Assembly: GCA_050084515.1 (NCBI GenBank)
Contig: CM114271.1
Coordinates: 868,001 to 932,000 of the forward strand
Length of the DNA: 64,000 nucleotides
Reading direction: 5' to 3'
Origin: Blasia pusilla
Taxonomy: Eukaryota
A model generated the notes under the pieces. It did no database searches, was not told the DNA's origin, and saw only the letters and a program-made list of their open reading frames with translations. Shown one piece after another: positions 60,228 to 64,000 of the stretch (the stretch's first letter is position 1; each line of letters begins with the position of its first letter). Position numbers and translations under genes: made by a program.

Positions 60228-63200
60228 ATGTACTTGTGGAAGGGCATCTATCTACTTGTGTACCGTTTTCCCTGCCCGAGGTTGTTTCATAGGATCCCCC
60301 ATGCCATTCAGGATGAGCTTCGCCAGACTTTCCTCCTTCCCCTATCTAAGATCGTGCTTGATCCTATGGATGAGGTCTCGTGGTATCTACTACTTCTCCT
60401 TCCATGCTGGTGTTTTTGCTATACCCGAGGAGGGAAGGCTGGCCATAGAGAGGTTGTGGCCCGATTATGGTGCTTCTGAGGAGGCGATTGGGAGTCTCTG
60501 CAGAGCGAGTTCGTGGCATACTCCGGAGGTAGCACTTGACTTGGTTTCCCAACGGACGATCTTGTAGCAGCTAGATTGCGACGATGTAGGACACTTGGGC
60601 GAGCCGGGGAGTACTCACGAGCGGCTCGTGCGCTTTGCTCTATGGATATGGCTCCTCCTTCTGCTCTTACCATCGACGCCCTCCGGAGGCTACATCCTCG
60701 TCCAGCGGTTGACATCCCAGTATTTTTACGTGACTTCCATCCTGACACGACCTTATGCCTAGACCCATCCGTCTTTGCATGGGCTCTCGGGCGTTCCCCC
60801 AGAAGAACAGCTGGAGGGTTTCCCGATATGATGTACGAACACCTTTGTGATTGCTTTCCCCCCGAGGACTCTGCTAGCGGCTTTTCCGAGTTGCTTCAGG
60901 TTGCCTCTCACCTAGCTCAGGGGAGAGTGCCAACAGCAGTAGTCCAGGTATTGGGGGCGGGGCGACTTTTGGCGTTGTCAAAGGAGGGTGGAGGGATCCA
61001 TCCGATCGCCATAGGGGAGGTGCTCTTGCGGTTGGTGAGTCACACTATCGCTTTGCAATTCCATGAGGCTTTCCAGTCACATCTGAGTCCGCACCAGTTC
61101 GGAGTTGCCAAGCCAGCCGGTTGTGAGGCGGTAGCCTTAGGTTTGAGGGCTTGTTTAGATACACATCCTCAGTGGGTGGTTCTCCAAGTTGATGTGGAGA
61201 ACGCCTTGAACTCAGTGTATCGAGCAACTATCTTCATGGAGCTGAGAGACGCAGGGGCTCCTATAGCGAATCTGATTTCCTTCGTGCATGCTTTTTATGG
61301 GCCCCCCTTAGCCCTCTATTTTCACCACGGTAGGTTCGAGGAGGGGATCACGGACTTGGAGTCTCCTACCGAGATGCGTCAGGGTGATCCCTTGGGTGGT
61401 ACATTGTTTTCTTTGGCTCATTATCGAGCGGTTCTTTCTACGGTGGAGGCTTTCTCGGGTTGCATTTTCCCTTCATGGGCAGATGATACTCACATTGTTG
61501 GCCCTCGAGACCTGGTCGTTCCTGCATTTCAGCACTTTTCAGCACAGTTGGCACTTGTCAGCCTCGCGGTGAAGGTGGGAAAGTGCAAGGCTTGGTCTTC
61601 ATTAGGCTTGTCCGCGGATATTCATTTACCCGACGGTTTTTTGACACATGTTGGAGGGCTTCGCGTCTTGGGAGTCCCACTCGGGAGCCATGACTTTGTA
61701 TCGAGTTTTGTGGCGGCGGCTCTTACCGTGGATCTTCTCCACGTCGACGATCTCACGAGGATTGGTGACCCTTAAGTAGCTTATGGAATCCTCTTGTCAT
61801 GTTTTGCTCCTAGACCTGGTTATCTGTGTAGAACCGTGTGGGCGTCTAGCCATATTTCTTCCTTGTATAGATCCTTTGATAGAAAGATCATGCAGGCGTT
61901 TGGGGATCTTCTCGGACCCAACTCATTAGAGTGCCTAGCGGGGGAGTTAGCTCATAGACAAGATTCTTGGCCGATTGCCTTTGGTAGCGTAGGTCTCATA
62001 GCGACTGAGTTAGTGGTGTCTTCAACTTTTTTAGGGAGTTGGGCCACTGTAGCACCCCTCCTTTGCTCCCAATTTTTGGTTAGGGATAGACCGCTACTTT
62101 TACGGTACGTTTCCCATGTTGAAGATGGTCCTTTCCCACTTCAGTCTTCACTCACAGCTTGTAGAGACTTCCTTCTTGTTGAGGCTAGAGCAATTCTTCC
62201 TGCTTTCTCTTCCCTAGTTACCTCTGGATAGTCCGGGCTTCAATCTTCTTTGATGGAAGCCCACTTTGATGCATTATTTAGAGCTACTATGTCGGACGGG
62301 AATATCCCCATGGAGGTTCAGGCCTGTATTCGCTCTTGCTCTGGAAAGGGGGCAGACTCATGGGTGGGGGCTTGTCCCCTCATCTCGGCTTTCCGCATCG
62401 CACCACTTACCTACACTACAACGATGCGGTTCCGACTGGGATGCCCCAACCATCGGTAGTTGGTTCCACACATTGCGAGTGTCGCCGGAGTCTGGATCCA
62501 CTTGGTGTGCATTTGGCACGGTGTCCAATTGGGGGTGAGAGGATGGCCACTTACGATGCAATGCGGGATATTATGTTCTCTATTGCTCGGGAGAGTGGAT
62601 TCCATGTACACTCCTCCATACGGGATTCCCTTATCCGTGTTGATCTCAACATGACAAGGGAGTCTGAGGTGGTGGTAGCGGATGTTGTAGTGACGGATCC
62701 TACGCGAGAGTCGGTGCAAGCCTAAGTGGTGGCACAAGGGAGATTGCTACAAGGAGCAGCCGCGGCGGTCAAGAAGACCCACATTTATAGTCGACTTCAT
62801 GATGGACATCGATTTATCCCCCTAGCCATTGAGATGTACGGGGCTATGGGGGAGAGGTTTGACTTGTTCCTTATGGATTGCGCCCATCATCTCCAGTCGA
62901 GAAATGGGTTGTCCTTAGCAATTGCGATACTTTATTGTAGGCAACGGGTCTCCATAGCTTTGAGCCGTGCCCAGGAAAATGGGCTTTTGTGGCGAGCTCA
63001 CGCGGTTGGAGACGCCAATGCTAGAGGCCCTCTTAGTAGTGGTCATAGTTCTCTAGGTGCTGCTGATATTGATTCTGCTGTTGGTGATTTTGGTCGTTAG
63101 GGGGAAGGCCCCCTTCTTTCTGCGCACGGCCGATTTTGACCCTCGAAGTATTTTTGGCTCTCTATGCCCCCTCATTTGTATGCTGATGGGTTTCCCATCC

Positions 63201-63245
63201 TATTTTCTATTTATTATTACACTTTTCTTCTCTATCAGGCCCAAT
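60228..63245 (+). mobile_element. CRE-clade-like non-LTR retrotransposon (RT + zinc knuckle + restriction-like endonuclease), pseudogenised and probably 5'-truncated
   Basis: RT: LLALSKEGGGIHPIAIGE, HQFGV..GCEA, VLQVDVENALNSV, RQGDPLGG, SWADDTHI, GLRVLGVPLG. Zinc knuckle CEC..GVHLARC; RLE-like RVDL..ADVVVTDP..KK...Y..FIPLAIEMYG. One long frame broken by about 5 stops and 1 frameshift; no APE domain seen. Confidence 0.85.
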
Positions 63246-64000
63246 GGGTAATAGACGCCCAGAGGGATAACCATGAACGGTATCGTGTCATGCATCCCTC
63301 CTCCATAGGAATTCTCGACTGTGCACGATTCGCTTGTCACCCCCATCTTCAAAGTTTCAGAACCCGAGAAATTCATTCCTATTGTCCTCGAAGAGTTCTG
63401 GGAGGAGGTTTGCTCGTATTAAACCGGTGCTGGTGCTTGGTTTCAGCTTGTGCGATGTGAATAATGATTCAACGCCAAGACGGGGATTTTTTCACAATGT
63501 GAGAATTGCTCGCCATCATGTGAGAACATACATGAACACACAACGAATCGGTTGCCTAAACCTGTCGACGAGATTGGAAAGCTCTGTCTAAACGAGCTGA
63601 CTATGATGGGGATTTGTACTTTGAGGTTGGAAGAGCTCTGCACGCTCACGGGTCCGTTATCCTATTAGGTCCGGTTGCAACGAGTTCAACATTTCACAAG
63701 GTAATTGAGTTGTGCTTCTCGGACATTTGCACAACAGCTGAACAGATAGCACTTACTGGGTACTCAAAGGATTGTCATCTATGTCATCCTCACCCATTGT
63801 TTCTTCTCGAGCTGATGAAGAGCCCACAGTGCATTACGATGGGTCTCAGGGCTGCATTTTGTTAGCAGTAGTAACGAAGATCAAACTAGTGAGAGGTTGA
63901 AGATTCCAAGGGAGTTGCCGCCTTCTTACCAAATTTTGGTGGTCACTGCATCTGGGATCTGGAACCAACAAAATGACGAAGGAAGGAAGCAGACTTTTTT

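Overview
Eukaryotic plant nuclear DNA (spliced GT-AG genes; repeat content suggests a non-seed land plant, which is inference). I reconstructed three intact host genes exon by exon: a CTF7/ECO1 cohesin acetyltransferase (+, 11029-13225), a kinesin-10 with a C-terminal helix-hairpin-helix (-, 25071-29819) and an alpha-1,4-fucosyltransferase of the FUT13 type (-, 41346-47545). There is also a Raf-like STY kinase pseudogene. The most interesting object is at 500-6925: a Ty3/Gypsy LTR retrotransposon whose pol region carries a DNMT3-like C5 cytosine methyltransferase domain before RT and a PHD finger after integrase, i.e. a predicted methylation writer plus histone reader. This copy is cut and re-joined at base-exact junctions, and three near-complete solo LTRs plus one fragment of the family lie elsewhere in the window. 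Other elements: a Copia element with three LTR+PBS units, a CRE-like (RT + restriction-like endonuclease) non-LTR element, a 5S rRNA 3' end fused to that element's 3' tail (SINE3-like chimera), an intronic 5S pseudogene, Helitron-like termini and several tandem arrays. All calls come from reading motifs by eye; no database searches were run.
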